A stretch of DNA of 64,000 nt from an uncultured delta proteobacterium (lineage in GTDB: Bacteria > Myxococcota_A > Polyangia > Polyangiales > Polyangiaceae), in assembly GCA_963716725.1 (NCBI GenBank), contig CAVQUB010000012.1, forward strand, positions 128,001 to 192,000. Direction: 5' to 3'. Below the pieces are notes generated by a model. It was not told where the DNA came from. It did no database searches and saw only the letters and a list, made by a program, of their open reading frames with translations. The position numbers and the translations under genes were made by a program. Every line of letters begins with the position of its first letter. Position 1 is the stretch's first letter. Positions 19,528 to 28,365 of this stretch are shown piece by piece.

Positions 19528-21276
19528 ATGCGCAAGCGCCCCTATCTCCTTTGCGGGTTGGCCGTCTCCCTGATGATGGCCTCCGAGCCCACCGACGCCC
19601 GCGCCTGCGGTGGCACCTTCTGCGACAACGGGCCGCAAGCGATGCCCGTCGATCAGTCGGGCGAGAACGTGCTGTTCGTGATGGACGGCAAGACCGTCGA
19701 GGCCCACGTCCAGATCCAATACGAAGGCGCCGCGGAGCGCTTCGCTTGGATCGTGCCGATGCCGAAGGTACCCGACGTTCAGGTCGGCTCCGCGCTGCTC
19801 TTCAACGCGCTGTTGCAAGGCACGGTGCCCAGCTACGGGTTCACGCAGCAGACCGACGTGTGCGAGGCGGAGGGACCGAGCGACATGGCCAACGGGGCGG
19901 GCGGCTTCGCGGGGGGCTCGGGCGGGGGCTCGGGCGGCGGCGCCGGGAGCGGTCCCCAGGTGGTGTTCGAGAAGACCGTGGGCGCCTTCGAGGTCGTCGT
20001 GCTCCAGGGCGGCACCGCGCAAGAAGTGAGCAAGTGGCTCGGCGACAACAACTACCAGAATATCCCGTCCGCGCCCGAGATCCTCAAGGACTACGTCGAT
20101 CAGAACTACGTCTTCGTGGCCATCAAGCTGACGGCCGGATCGAGCAGCAAGGAGATCCACCCCCTGGTCTTCCGCTACGAGGGCGACGAGCCTTGCGTAC
20201 CGCTGAAGCTGACCGCCGTCGCCGCCACCGAAGACATGGGAGTTCGCACCTTCTTTCTGGGTGATGATCGGGTCGTCCCGACGAATTTCAAGCACGTGAC
20301 GGTCAACCCGGCGCGCATCGACTGGTCGGCGCAGGGGCAGAACTACATGCAGGCGGTCTCGCGCGCCGTGGACAGCCCGGTCGCCAATGGAAAGGCCTTC
20401 GTCACCGAGTACGCCGGCGCGAGCAACGTGGTGAGTCTCGGGATGTTCTACAGCCCGAGCTGGAACTCCCAGGTCCTCGAGGGCATCGCCCCGACGCAGG
20501 TCATCGACCGGCTCGAGGACATGGGGCTGGTGATGTGCAGCCAGTTCCGCTTCAACCCGAACGGCGAGTGCCAGTACAACCATCCCCTGATTCAGTCGCT
20601 CTTGGCCGAGTACCTGCCGGTTCCCGCCGGCCTCGCGCCCGTCGAGTTCTACGCGGAGCTGACCAAGCACGCCGACGAGATCGACCAGACCCAGTGGAAC
20701 GCCGCGGAGTTCGCCGGGGACTTCAAGTTGCGGATCCAAGAGCCGGCCGCGCACGCCGCGAGCATCGTCACCAAGTGGCCCTACCTGACGCGCATGTTCA
20801 CGACCATCTCACCCTCCGAGATGACTGAAGATCCGATGTTCCACGCCCAGCCGGGGCTCGAGACCGTGCAACCTACGAACATGGCGGTGCGCCGCACCAA
20901 CTGCTGCGGCGCGACGACCATGGAGCTGGCGGACGGCAAGAGAGTCGGCATCGATCGGGCGACGGGATCCTGGCCGGTCTGGGACAGCGCCATGCCCTGG
21001 GCCGAATCCATCGAGGAGTTCTCCCTCGCCGGTGATCGACTCACGCTGGTCGACAATGGATCCAAGATCTCCAGCGCGCTCTCCTCGTGGAACGACAAGA
21101 ACAAGCTGACCTGTGAGACGCCGGCGACGAAGGCCGCGACCAACGACACGACCGACGTGATCGACATGTCGGGCACGCCGGGCTGCGGCGTGGCGGGACG
21201 CGGTTCCCTCTCGGGAACGGCGCTGCTGTTGGCCGCGGTCGGTCTCGGTGCCGCGCGACGGCGCCGGCGTCGTTGA
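19528..21276 (+). CDS. DUF2330-domain protein with MYXO-CTERM sorting signal
   Basis: ACGGTFC, QSGENVLF, FAWIVP, YLTRMFTTISP; C-terminal GCGVAG...LLL...RRRRR. Confidence 0.85.
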   Translation: MRKRPYLLCGLAVSLMMASEPTDARACGGTFCDNGPQAMPVDQSGENVLFVMDGKTVEAHVQIQYEGAAERFAWIVPMPKVPDVQVGSALLFNALLQGTVPSYGFTQQTDVCEAEGPSDMANGAGGFAGGSGGGSGGGAGSGPQVVFEKTVGAFEVVVLQGGTAQEVSKWLGDNNYQNIPSAPEILKDYVDQNYVFVAIKLTAGSSSKEIHPLVFRYEGDEPCVPLKLTAVAATEDMGVRTFFLGDDRVVPTNFKHVTVNPARIDWSAQGQNYMQAVSRAVDSPVANGKAFVTEYAGASNVVSLGMFYSPSWNSQVLEGIAPTQVIDRLEDMGLVMCSQFRFNPNGECQYNHPLIQSLLAEYLPVPAGLAPVEFYAELTKHADEIDQTQWNAAEFAGDFKLRIQEPAAHAASIVTKWPYLTRMFTTISPSEMTEDPMFHAQPGLETVQPTNMAVRRTNCCGATTMELADGKRVGIDRATGSWPVWDSAMPWAESIEEFSLAGDRLTLVDNGSKISSALSSWNDKNKLTCETPATKAATNDTTDVIDMSGTPGCGVAGRGSLSGTALLLAAVGLGAARRRRRR

Positions 21277-21290
21277 GCGGAGCAGTAGTC

Positions 21291-21824
21291 TCAGAGCCGG
21301 TCGACACCGTGGAACTGCGCCCCGATCAGGCCGCACAAGGCCTCTAGGTGCTCTCGGTCCACTTCGCCAAAAGCATCGAGCGCATTCGAGTCCACGTCGA
21401 GCACGCCCAGCGTGCGCCCCGCCGGGGTCACGATGGGGACCACGATCTCCGAACGCGTGCGCGCCGAGCAGGCGATGTGATCGGAGAACGCGCTCACGTC
21501 TGGGACCAGTTGGGTGGCCTGGGCGCGGACGGCCGCCCCGCAGACGCCGCGTGAGATCTCGATGCGCAAGCAGCCGTGCCCGCCTTGATAGGGACCTATC
21601 ACCAGCAGGTCCGGGCGTATCAGCCGGTACACCCCGGTCCAGTCGAAGAAGTCGAAGGCTGCGTGCAACTCCGCGACCGTGGTGGAGACCCCCGCGATCC
21701 AGTCGTCCTCGCCGTCGAGCAGCGCGCGGATCGTGGCCGTGACTTCACGGTAGCGCGCGGCGCGATCCCCCGCCGAGGCGGCGAGCGCGAGCGGCGGCAC
21801 GGTGTCTGCGGTCACGTTGCTCAT
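21291..21824 (-). CDS. msrC: GAF-domain protein, free methionine-R-sulfoxide reductase (MsrC)-like
   Basis: WTGVY, GPYQGGHGCLRI..RGVCG, HIAC...SEIVVP, GVLDVDS. Confidence 0.8.
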   Translation of the reverse strand: MSNVTADTVPPLALAASAGDRAARYREVTATIRALLDGEDDWIAGVSTTVAELHAAFDFFDWTGVYRLIRPDLLVIGPYQGGHGCLRIEISRGVCGAAVRAQATQLVPDVSAFSDHIACSARTRSEIVVPIVTPAGRTLGVLDVDSNALDAFGEVDREHLEALCGLIGAQFHGVDRL

Positions 21825-21864
21825 CGGACCACCTCCCGGGATCGGGGCGGGTTCGCGCCGAGGG

Positions 21865-22554
21865 TCAGCTGGTGAAGGGGAAGAACACGCTGAGCCCGCC
21901 CATCAGCGAAACGTCGTTCACGATCTTCTCGACGGCGAAGGGTGCTTGGTGCTTGCGCACGTGATCACGGGCGTCGAGTCGGATGGCCAGCCACTGCGCC
22001 AGGTAGAACTTGAGTCCGAAGCCAGCCGAGCCCGTGAGCCCGAGACCGCCGGACTCGCTGGTGTCCGTGGCCCCGCCGCCCACCGAGAGGTAGAAATCGA
22101 AGCGGTGGATCGGTCCGCCGAACCAGCGCACCTTGCCGTAAGACATCGACCAAATCAGGTGGCCCAGGAAGAGCTGCACGTTCTCTTCTGGCGACTCCGT
22201 GAACTGCACCAGCCCCTGCTGGCGATCGATGATGGCCTGGAGCAGACCGTACTTCTGACGGGTTCGGAAGTACGATGCCTCGAGACCGAGGTCCTCGCTG
22301 AAGTGAAAGGTGTAGGCGCCGCCGTAGACCGGTGCGCCGTCGGCGATGTCTGCCGCGTACCAGCCGCCCATGGGGGAGAGCTCGTGGCGCAACGCCTTCT
22401 TGAAAAGCCGTGGCACGACGCCGCGGTAAGCGCGCTTACCGATCAGCTGCTCCTTGAGTGCCTCGTCGACGCACTGCGCCTCGGCTCTCGACGGAGAAAG
22501 CGTCGCGACGAGCCACGCCATCGCGGCAATGACGAGCAGAAATCGGGGGGCCAA
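21865..22554 (-). CDS. Myxobacterial outer-membrane beta-barrel protein (GltA/GltB/GltH-like)
   Basis: KALRHELSP, YTFHFSEDLGLE, YGK, DFYLSVGGG, C-terminal GLSVFFP; true start may be ATG 22573 if the G6 run has an extra base. Confidence 0.75.
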   Translation of the reverse strand: MAPRFLLVIAAMAWLVATLSPSRAEAQCVDEALKEQLIGKRAYRGVVPRLFKKALRHELSPMGGWYAADIADGAPVYGGAYTFHFSEDLGLEASYFRTRQKYGLLQAIIDRQQGLVQFTESPEENVQLFLGHLIWSMSYGKVRWFGGPIHRFDFYLSVGGGATDTSESGGLGLTGSAGFGLKFYLAQWLAIRLDARDHVRKHQAPFAVEKIVNDVSLMGGLSVFFPFTS

Positions 22555-22659
22555 GCCGAGACACCGATATCATAGGATGGGTCCGGTGCGGCTCGATTAT
22601 GCTCAGGGAGGCCCCGTTTTCGGGGGAGGCTGCCCCCCTCGAGGCCCCAAGGACGCTAG

Positions 22660-24024
22660 ATGTCGACCAAGACCCGGGTCCCGTGGGCCGCGCTCGCCCT
22701 GTCTGCGTGTCTCGCGGCTCCCGCGGGGGCTCGAGCCCAGAGCGCCGCCGCGGCGGGGCCGGACGCCGCCAAACCGTGCACGAACGGTCGGGCCAGCGCG
22801 CTGAGCGAGATCGGCTGTGACCTCGGGCAGGCGCTCGGAAAGCTGCCCGCCGGCGCGCTGGTCGTCGCCGCCCCGCTGACCGGCGACACCCGGCCGGTCG
22901 AGCCCGCGCAGCTCGGAGCGCGGATCGTGTCGGTCGTCGCCGGCGCCCTCGGACTCGCCAGCTCCAGCGAGTCTGCATCCCTGGCGCGGGCTAGGACCCT
23001 GGCGGCGCGTGCGGGCACCCTGGTGTACGTGGTGCCTGAGCTGCAGCGCGGCGAGTTGCGGCTCACCGTCGACGTGTATCCGGTGCCCAAGGGCTTCTGG
23101 GACCGCGTCCGCAATCCAGAACCCAACCCGCGGCAGCACGCGTTCGCGAGCCGCAGAATCGACCCGGAGTTTCGAACCTTCCTGCCTGCCGTGCCGTTCA
23201 TCGCGAAACGCACCGACAAGGCCATGACGGGTGAGCAGAGCCCCGTGGCCGTCGCCTGCGGCGATCTGAACGGTGATGGCGCGCTCGAAGCGGTGCTGGT
23301 CGGTCGTTCGCGGGCTCGAGTCGGGCGCGTGCGCGCCGGACGATTCGTCGCCTCGGCGACGGCGGCGTGGACGCAGCTCTCGCCTCTATCGCGCGCGCCG
23401 CTCCGGGAGCCCATTGCGAGCGTTGCCATCGAGGCCGGTCGCTGGGTCGACATCGGGCTCAGCGATCGACTCGATGCGGTGCGCTTGGATGCGAGCTTCG
23501 CGAACCCGCAGAAGCTCGGTCGTCGGCTGCCTTGGCCTGGCGGCGGCTGTTCGAAGATCGTCGGCACCAGCCTGCGCCCCGAGGTCGAACCCTGCGCCCG
23601 GGGCGACGCGCCGGCGTCGTCTCCGCAGCTGGAAAAGACCGGTGACGCCCTGGCGGGCGCCCTGGTGCTCGGCCGTGACGGCAAGCCGCGACGGGTGCGC
23701 GCGTTCCGCGTATTCAACGAGAGCGCCGTGCTGGTCCGCGACGATGCCGGGCGAAGTGCGCGGCTCGAAGGGGCGGGCGCCCAGCTGGCCGTCGGTGACC
23801 TCGACGGCGACGGTCAACCGGAGATCCTCAGCAGTGGCGACACGCTGGACGACACGGCCGACGCGCTGGTGGTGCACACCTTTCAGGACGACGCGAAGCT
23901 CCTGGAGAGGTTTCGCATGGCAGTGCCCACCGGCGTTCGCGCGCTCGCCGTTTGCCCAGCGGAGGGAGCTGGACTCGCTTCGATCTTGGTGGCGACGCCC
24001 GGGGAGCTTTGGGTGATCCGATGA
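22660..24024 (+). CDS. Secreted FG-GAP/VCBS repeat protein
   Basis: Signal peptide; GDLNGDGALE and GDLDGDGQPE repeats. Confidence 0.7.
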   Translation: MSTKTRVPWAALALSACLAAPAGARAQSAAAAGPDAAKPCTNGRASALSEIGCDLGQALGKLPAGALVVAAPLTGDTRPVEPAQLGARIVSVVAGALGLASSSESASLARARTLAARAGTLVYVVPELQRGELRLTVDVYPVPKGFWDRVRNPEPNPRQHAFASRRIDPEFRTFLPAVPFIAKRTDKAMTGEQSPVAVACGDLNGDGALEAVLVGRSRARVGRVRAGRFVASATAAWTQLSPLSRAPLREPIASVAIEAGRWVDIGLSDRLDAVRLDASFANPQKLGRRLPWPGGGCSKIVGTSLRPEVEPCARGDAPASSPQLEKTGDALAGALVLGRDGKPRRVRAFRVFNESAVLVRDDAGRSARLEGAGAQLAVGDLDGDGQPEILSSGDTLDDTADALVVHTFQDDAKLLERFRMAVPTGVRALAVCPAEGAGLASILVATPGELWVIR

Positions 24025-25343
24025 CCGCGCTTACGCGACGAGCGCTGGCGGGTGCCCTCGCCGCGCTCGCAGCGTCGACCTTGGCTCCGCGCGACAGCGC
24101 CGCGCTGGGACGCAAACCCTACGGCGGCGCGCTGGCACTCAAGTTGCCATGGCCGCTCGACGGCATCGACCCGCACGCCGTGGACGACGTGGTCGCGGCG
24201 CTGTTCGGGGCGGCCATCGCTGACCCGCTCTTTGCGTTGGATGCCCTCGGCCGTCCCTATCCCGCGCTGGCGGCGCAGTTGCCCGAGCCCGTCCCGGGCG
24301 GGACGCGCGTGGTCTTGCGCCCAAACTTGGTCTCGGGCCGCGGCGTGCCGATGGATGCCCGGGACGTGCTCGCGTCGCTGGCGCGAGCCGCGCGGTCGGG
24401 GGGCGCTGCGCTGATGGCGCCGTTGGGCAAGGTCACGTCGGATCCGACGGATCCCCTCGCGTTCGTCTTCAGCCACGCTGATCCGGTGTTTGTCGCGGAG
24501 AAGCTGGCGAGCGGGCTGACGGCGGTGCTGCCCCGGGCCTTCTCTCGAACCAGGCCCGACGGCACGGGCGCGTTTGTCGCCGACATCGGCCGCGATCGGA
24601 TCGTCTTCCGGCGCAACCCGAACGCAGCGCGGGGAGCCGCGTTGCTCGACCGCGTCGAGGTGCGAGCGGCTTCGGATCTCAAGGACGCACTTCGTTCCTT
24701 CGAGGCGGGTGAGATCGATCTGAGCTGGCTGGGTGAGTTCCTGCACAAGCCTCGGCCGGGGGCCGTGAAGTTCGACGCGGGAGTCCTGGGCTGGGTGGTG
24801 CTGCGCTCGGGCAAAGACGCGGGCGTGTGGGGTGCCCCGGGCGTCGCGCAGAAACTGATCGACTCGCTGCCGGCGGGTCGCCTGTCGCATCTGGGTCTGT
24901 CGAACTCGGCGGGCACGGGCCAGGGCGATCCCGCGTGGGGCGGGGACGCAGCGGAGATCGTCGTGGTGGACGGAGCCGTGCATCTCGAGCACATCGCGCG
25001 GGAGATCGCCGCCATCTTCTCGCGGCCGGGGCACGAGCTCAGAGTCGCGTCACGGCCCCGGGCCGAGGTCGACTACCGGCGCCAGCGAGGACGCTACGGA
25101 CTGATGCTCGATTTTGCACGACCCGTTGGGACAGGGCCGAGCGCCGCGCAGCTCGGCATCTTGACAGCGGAGAACCCGAAGCTCGCCATGAAACCGGTGG
25201 TCACCGCCTCGGGAAATCCCCGGGACGTGTCGGCGACCCTGTCGCTCGGCGTGGTGGGTTTGTTGCGTGTTTCCGGCGCTCATGTCGGGTCGCTGCGCGA
25301 CCTGGGCGCGCTCGACTGGGGCGCGACGTGGCGGAAGCCTTGA
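24021..25343 (+). CDS. ABC-type solute-binding protein (family 5-like) with Tat-like signal
   Basis: LTRRAL leader; YGGAL, IDP, PLF.LD..G.PYPALA, DGTGAF. Confidence 0.65.
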   Translation: MTALTRRALAGALAALAASTLAPRDSAALGRKPYGGALALKLPWPLDGIDPHAVDDVVAALFGAAIADPLFALDALGRPYPALAAQLPEPVPGGTRVVLRPNLVSGRGVPMDARDVLASLARAARSGGAALMAPLGKVTSDPTDPLAFVFSHADPVFVAEKLASGLTAVLPRAFSRTRPDGTGAFVADIGRDRIVFRRNPNAARGAALLDRVEVRAASDLKDALRSFEAGEIDLSWLGEFLHKPRPGAVKFDAGVLGWVVLRSGKDAGVWGAPGVAQKLIDSLPAGRLSHLGLSNSAGTGQGDPAWGGDAAEIVVVDGAVHLEHIAREIAAIFSRPGHELRVASRPRAEVDYRRQRGRYGLMLDFARPVGTGPSAAQLGILTAENPKLAMKPVVTASGNPRDVSATLSLGVVGLLRVSGAHVGSLRDLGALDWGATWRKP

Positions 25344-25388
25344 GCGGGCTCGACTTCATGCGGTAGATCCGCGCGCAGGAGACACAGC

Positions 25389-26156
25389 GTGGAAGCAAAA
25401 GACAAGGTTGCACTCGTCACGGGTGGGGCGTCCGGGCTTGGAGCAGCGGCAGTGCGTGCGTTGGTAGCCGCCGGGGCAAAGGTCGTCATCGCGGACCGAA
25501 ACCAAGACGCCGGCGAGGCCCTGGCGAAGGAGCTCGGCGCTGCGACTCGCTTCGCGTCCTGCGACGTCACCAGCGAAGAGCAAATGCTGGCGGCGATCGC
25601 CTTGGCCAAGAAGGATCTCGGTGGGCTCCATGTCGCCTTGGGTTGCGCGGGCATCGGCACCAGCGGCCGCTTGGTGAGCAAGGGTGGCCCACTGCCGCTC
25701 GAGCTGTTTGCGCTCACGGTGAACGTCAACCTGGTCGGCATGTTCAACATGATGAGGCTCGCGGCCCACGCGATGCAGGACAACACCCCGAACGCCGAGG
25801 GAGAACGGGGCGTCATCGTGACCACCGCGAGCATCGCGGCTTTCGACGGCCAGATCGGGCAGGTCGCGTACAGCGCGTCCAAGGCCGGAGTCTCGGGCAT
25901 GACTTTGCCCGTGGCGCGCGAGCTGTCGCGGACCGGCATCCGGGTGGTGTGCATCGCGCCGGGCCTCTTCGACACGCCGATGATGGCGGGGCTGCCCGAC
26001 GAGGCGCGGAAGAGCCTCGAGGCCACTGTGCCCTTCCCCCCGCGGCTGGGCCGCCCCGCGGAGTACGCGCGCTTGGTGCTGTCCATCGTGGACAACCCCA
26101 TGCTCAACGGCGAGACCATCCGGCTCGACGGTGCGCTGCGCATGGCGCCCAAGTAA
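25389..26156 (+). CDS. SDR oxidoreductase, 3-hydroxyacyl-CoA dehydrogenase type II-like
   Basis: [33 protein letters not shown]. Confidence 0.92.
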   Translation: MEAKDKVALVTGGASGLGAAAVRALVAAGAKVVIADRNQDAGEALAKELGAATRFASCDVTSEEQMLAAIALAKKDLGGLHVALGCAGIGTSGRLVSKGGPLPLELFALTVNVNLVGMFNMMRLAAHAMQDNTPNAEGERGVIVTTASIAAFDGQIGQVAYSASKAGVSGMTLPVARELSRTGIRVVCIAPGLFDTPMMAGLPDEARKSLEATVPFPPRLGRPAEYARLVLSIVDNPMLNGETIRLDGALRMAPK

Positions 26157-26162
26157 CAGGCG

Positions 26163-26435
26163 CTACCTGGCCAGGCGTCGCGCTCGGAAGGCATCCAGGC
26201 GCGCGCGGAGCGCTGCCTGGATCCCGCGCCGGGTCTCGCGCCCCGAGCGCGGCGCAAAGAGCAGGCCGAGCCCGGCGCCAACGGCGACTCCGAGCACGAA
26301 CGCTCCGGGTCCGGGGACCAACACCGCGGCGCCGATTGAGCTGCCCCGCAGCGCCCGCAGCGCATCCTCGGGCTTCACCTCGGCGAGCTTGGCGACGGCG
26401 ATCTTGCCCAGCTCGGCGGCGACTTGGCTGACCAT
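26163..26435 (-). CDS. YtxH-like small membrane protein
   Basis: GAGLGLLFAPRSGRETR motif. Confidence 0.65.
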   Translation of the reverse strand: MVSQVAAELGKIAVAKLAEVKPEDALRALRGSSIGAAVLVPGPGAFVLGVAVGAGLGLLFAPRSGRETRRGIQAALRARLDAFRARRLAR

Positions 26436-26513
26436 CGGCTCATCCTAGTGCCGCGCGGCAGAAGTTTCGCTGGTTTCTTTTCCGTGTGCGTGTCGTCGGT
26501 GTAACGGGGTGAC

Positions 26514-26950
26514 ATGATCGACTACAGCGCGTTCGCGGGCCGAGCGCACGGTGGTCGTCCGACGGTTCCGCTCGCGCTGAGGGCTGAAGAGCGCGCGCGG
26601 ATCGAGGAGGCGTTGCGACCCGCCAGGGCGGAGCAGCGGCTGGTTCGTCGGGCGCAGGCCGTGTTGATGATGGCGGACGGAGTGCCTGCGACGGACATCG
26701 CCCGGCTCCTCGGGGTGCACGTGCGCACGGTGGACGACTGGCGCAAGCGCTTCGACTGCGCGGCACCTAGCGAGAGACTGGCGGACGCCCCGCGCTCGGG
26801 ACGGCCGCCCTCTCTCTCTCGGACACCGTAGCGGCTCGAGTAGAAGCACCGACGACCTCGCGGCGAGGATCGACGCGTACGTCGCGTGGTATCTGCAGAC
26901 CAACCGACCCTTTCGCTGGTCGTACCGCCCCAAGTCGTGGGCCGAATCCA
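26514..26950 (+). pseudogene. IS630 transposase remnant (HTH part joined to extreme C-terminus; DDE domain missing)
   Basis: RRAQAVLMMADG...IARLLGVH.RTV..WRKRF...LADAPRSGRP, then STDDLAARIDAYVAWY...PFRWSY from ~26845. Confidence 0.85.
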
Positions 26951-27017
26951 GAAAAATCCCCTCACTTTCTGCGAAGAAAGCCGCAACTGTTTCGGAGTGA
27001 GGCCCGACCACACGGGG

Positions 27018-27513
27018 ATGGCACAGGAAGGGCGAAAGCTCGGAAGATTTGGGGATGGGACGGACGAGGTGATCGGTGCGCTGATCGAGGTGCATCGGCA
27101 TCTCGGTCCAGGGCTGATGGAATCCGCATATGAGGCCTGTCTATCTGCCGAGCTGTCCGAACGACGGCTCAAGTTCGAGCGGCAGCGACCGCTACCAATC
27201 CGCTACAAAGGCGTACACCTTGACTGCGCCTATCGCCTCGACCTGGTCGCTTCCAGATCGTATCCTCCTGGAACTCGAGGCGGTCGAGCGGCTGCTCCCG
27301 ATTTACGAAGCGCAGGTCATCACCTATCTGCGCCTTTCGCGGTTGCCCGTCGGCCTGCTCGTCAACTTCAACGTGACCGCGCTCAGAAATGGCCTGCGGA
27401 GGCTAACGCCTGACCACCCCAAATCCTTCCGCTCTTCCGCCCTTCCTGTGAGAGCCCAAATGAGCGCAGGTCTCAGGGGCGAATCCACTCGAACTTCGGC
27501 CGCGCGGCACTAG
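27018..27513 (+). pseudogene. GxxExxY protein (PD-(D/E)XK-like nuclease family), frameshifted at ~27253
   Basis: IGALIEVHRHLGPGLMESAYE...YRLDLV / ILLELEAV...AQVITYL...GLLVNFN. Confidence 0.88.
27022..27450. repeat. ~33-bp imperfect inverted repeats bracketing the GxxExxY core (27022-27054 and 27417-27450)
   Basis: cacaggaagggcgaaagctcggaagatttgggg versus reverse complement cacaggaagggcggaagagcggaaggatttgggg. Confidence 0.85.
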
Positions 27514-27523
27514 CACTCGAACG

Positions 27524-27555
27524 CCACGCGGCGCCCAACCAGGAGCGCCGCGTGG
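27524..27555 (-). terminator. GC-rich hairpin, probable terminator
   Basis: 11-bp stem ccacgcggcgc/gcgccgcgtgg just downstream of the minus-strand gene ending at 27577; weak U tract. Confidence 0.5.
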
Positions 27556-27576
27556 GATCAATGGCGAAAGTTAGAG

Positions 27577-28263
27577 CTACTGCGCGGGGCAGAGCGTGAA
27601 GTGATTGGTCTTCGGCGCGACCGAGGCCTTGCCGATGTGGACCTTCTTCGCCGTCGCTCCCGAGTCGAGCTGTAGATCGAAGCGAACGCAGGCGTCGGCT
27701 GGCGCACGGAAGTCGAAACCCTCGATGTGCCCCAGGGTGTGGAACCGGAAGATCACTTCCCCTCCGGTACCGCGCTTGATGCGATCAGCAAACTCGGTGC
27801 GCGAGGGCCGCACCGTGCCGATGGGCTTCTGCACGCCCTTCACGCGACCGCGAAACTCGCGCAGCGCTTTCCCGGTGGTGGTGCGCAGCTTCCAGATGCC
27901 GGCGGCGTTGCGCCAGATCCAGAAGGCCGCCGGCGCTGCCGGCTCGATGCCATTGGGACGTCCCTCGGCGACGCCCGCAGCCGTCTCTTCGGGCATTCCC
28001 GGTGTGGCAAAGGGATCTTCGAGCGGCTGCTGCGCGGGCAGCGGCACCGCGATCGCCGGAGCGTCCTCGGCGTCGTCGGGGATGTCGGCGTTGGGATCGG
28101 CCGGAGGCGGGGTTGCCGGAGCCCCAGTGGGCACGGCCGTCGGCGCAGGCGCGGGGGCAGGCGCAGGCGCGGGCGCGGGCCCCGGGTTGTTGTGAATCGT
28201 GCAGCCGACGCCCGTCGAGACCGCGAACATGAAAATACCAAGCAGTGCAGTGCGCAAATGCAT
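27577..28263 (-). CDS. Pro/Ala-rich lipoprotein
   Basis: ATG with GGAGG RBS; lipobox GVGC; PAPA linker; beta-rich domain FWIW...WKLRTTT. Confidence 0.75.
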   Translation of the reverse strand: MHLRTALLGIFMFAVSTGVGCTIHNNPGPAPAPAPAPAPAPTAVPTGAPATPPPADPNADIPDDAEDAPAIAVPLPAQQPLEDPFATPGMPEETAAGVAEGRPNGIEPAAPAAFWIWRNAAGIWKLRTTTGKALREFRGRVKGVQKPIGTVRPSRTEFADRIKRGTGGEVIFRFHTLGHIEGFDFRAPADACVRFDLQLDSGATAKKVHIGKASVAPKTNHFTLCPAQ

Positions 28264-28365
28264 CACATTCCTCCCAGAATGAACCCGAGGACTATGCCTC
28301 GGGCGTTGGACGGAGGGGAAGTGCGGACGGTGCAAACCGTCATTCGCTTGAAAACGCAGCAGGAT

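Larger units (their letters stand above)
26445..27513 (+). mobile_element. IS630-family element, internally deleted (non-autonomous), carrying a GxxExxY cassette
   Basis: TIRs CTAGTGCCGCGCGGCAGAAGTT (left) and AACTTCGGCCGCGCGGCACTAG (right), 1 mismatch; TA/CTAG ends; HTH ORF plus transposase C-terminal remnant. Confidence 0.9.

Noticed and set aside
22545..22573. Phase-variable G6 tract at the start of the beta-barrel gene
   Set aside because: The tract is short; an alternative TTG start or a homopolymer read error explains it equally well.
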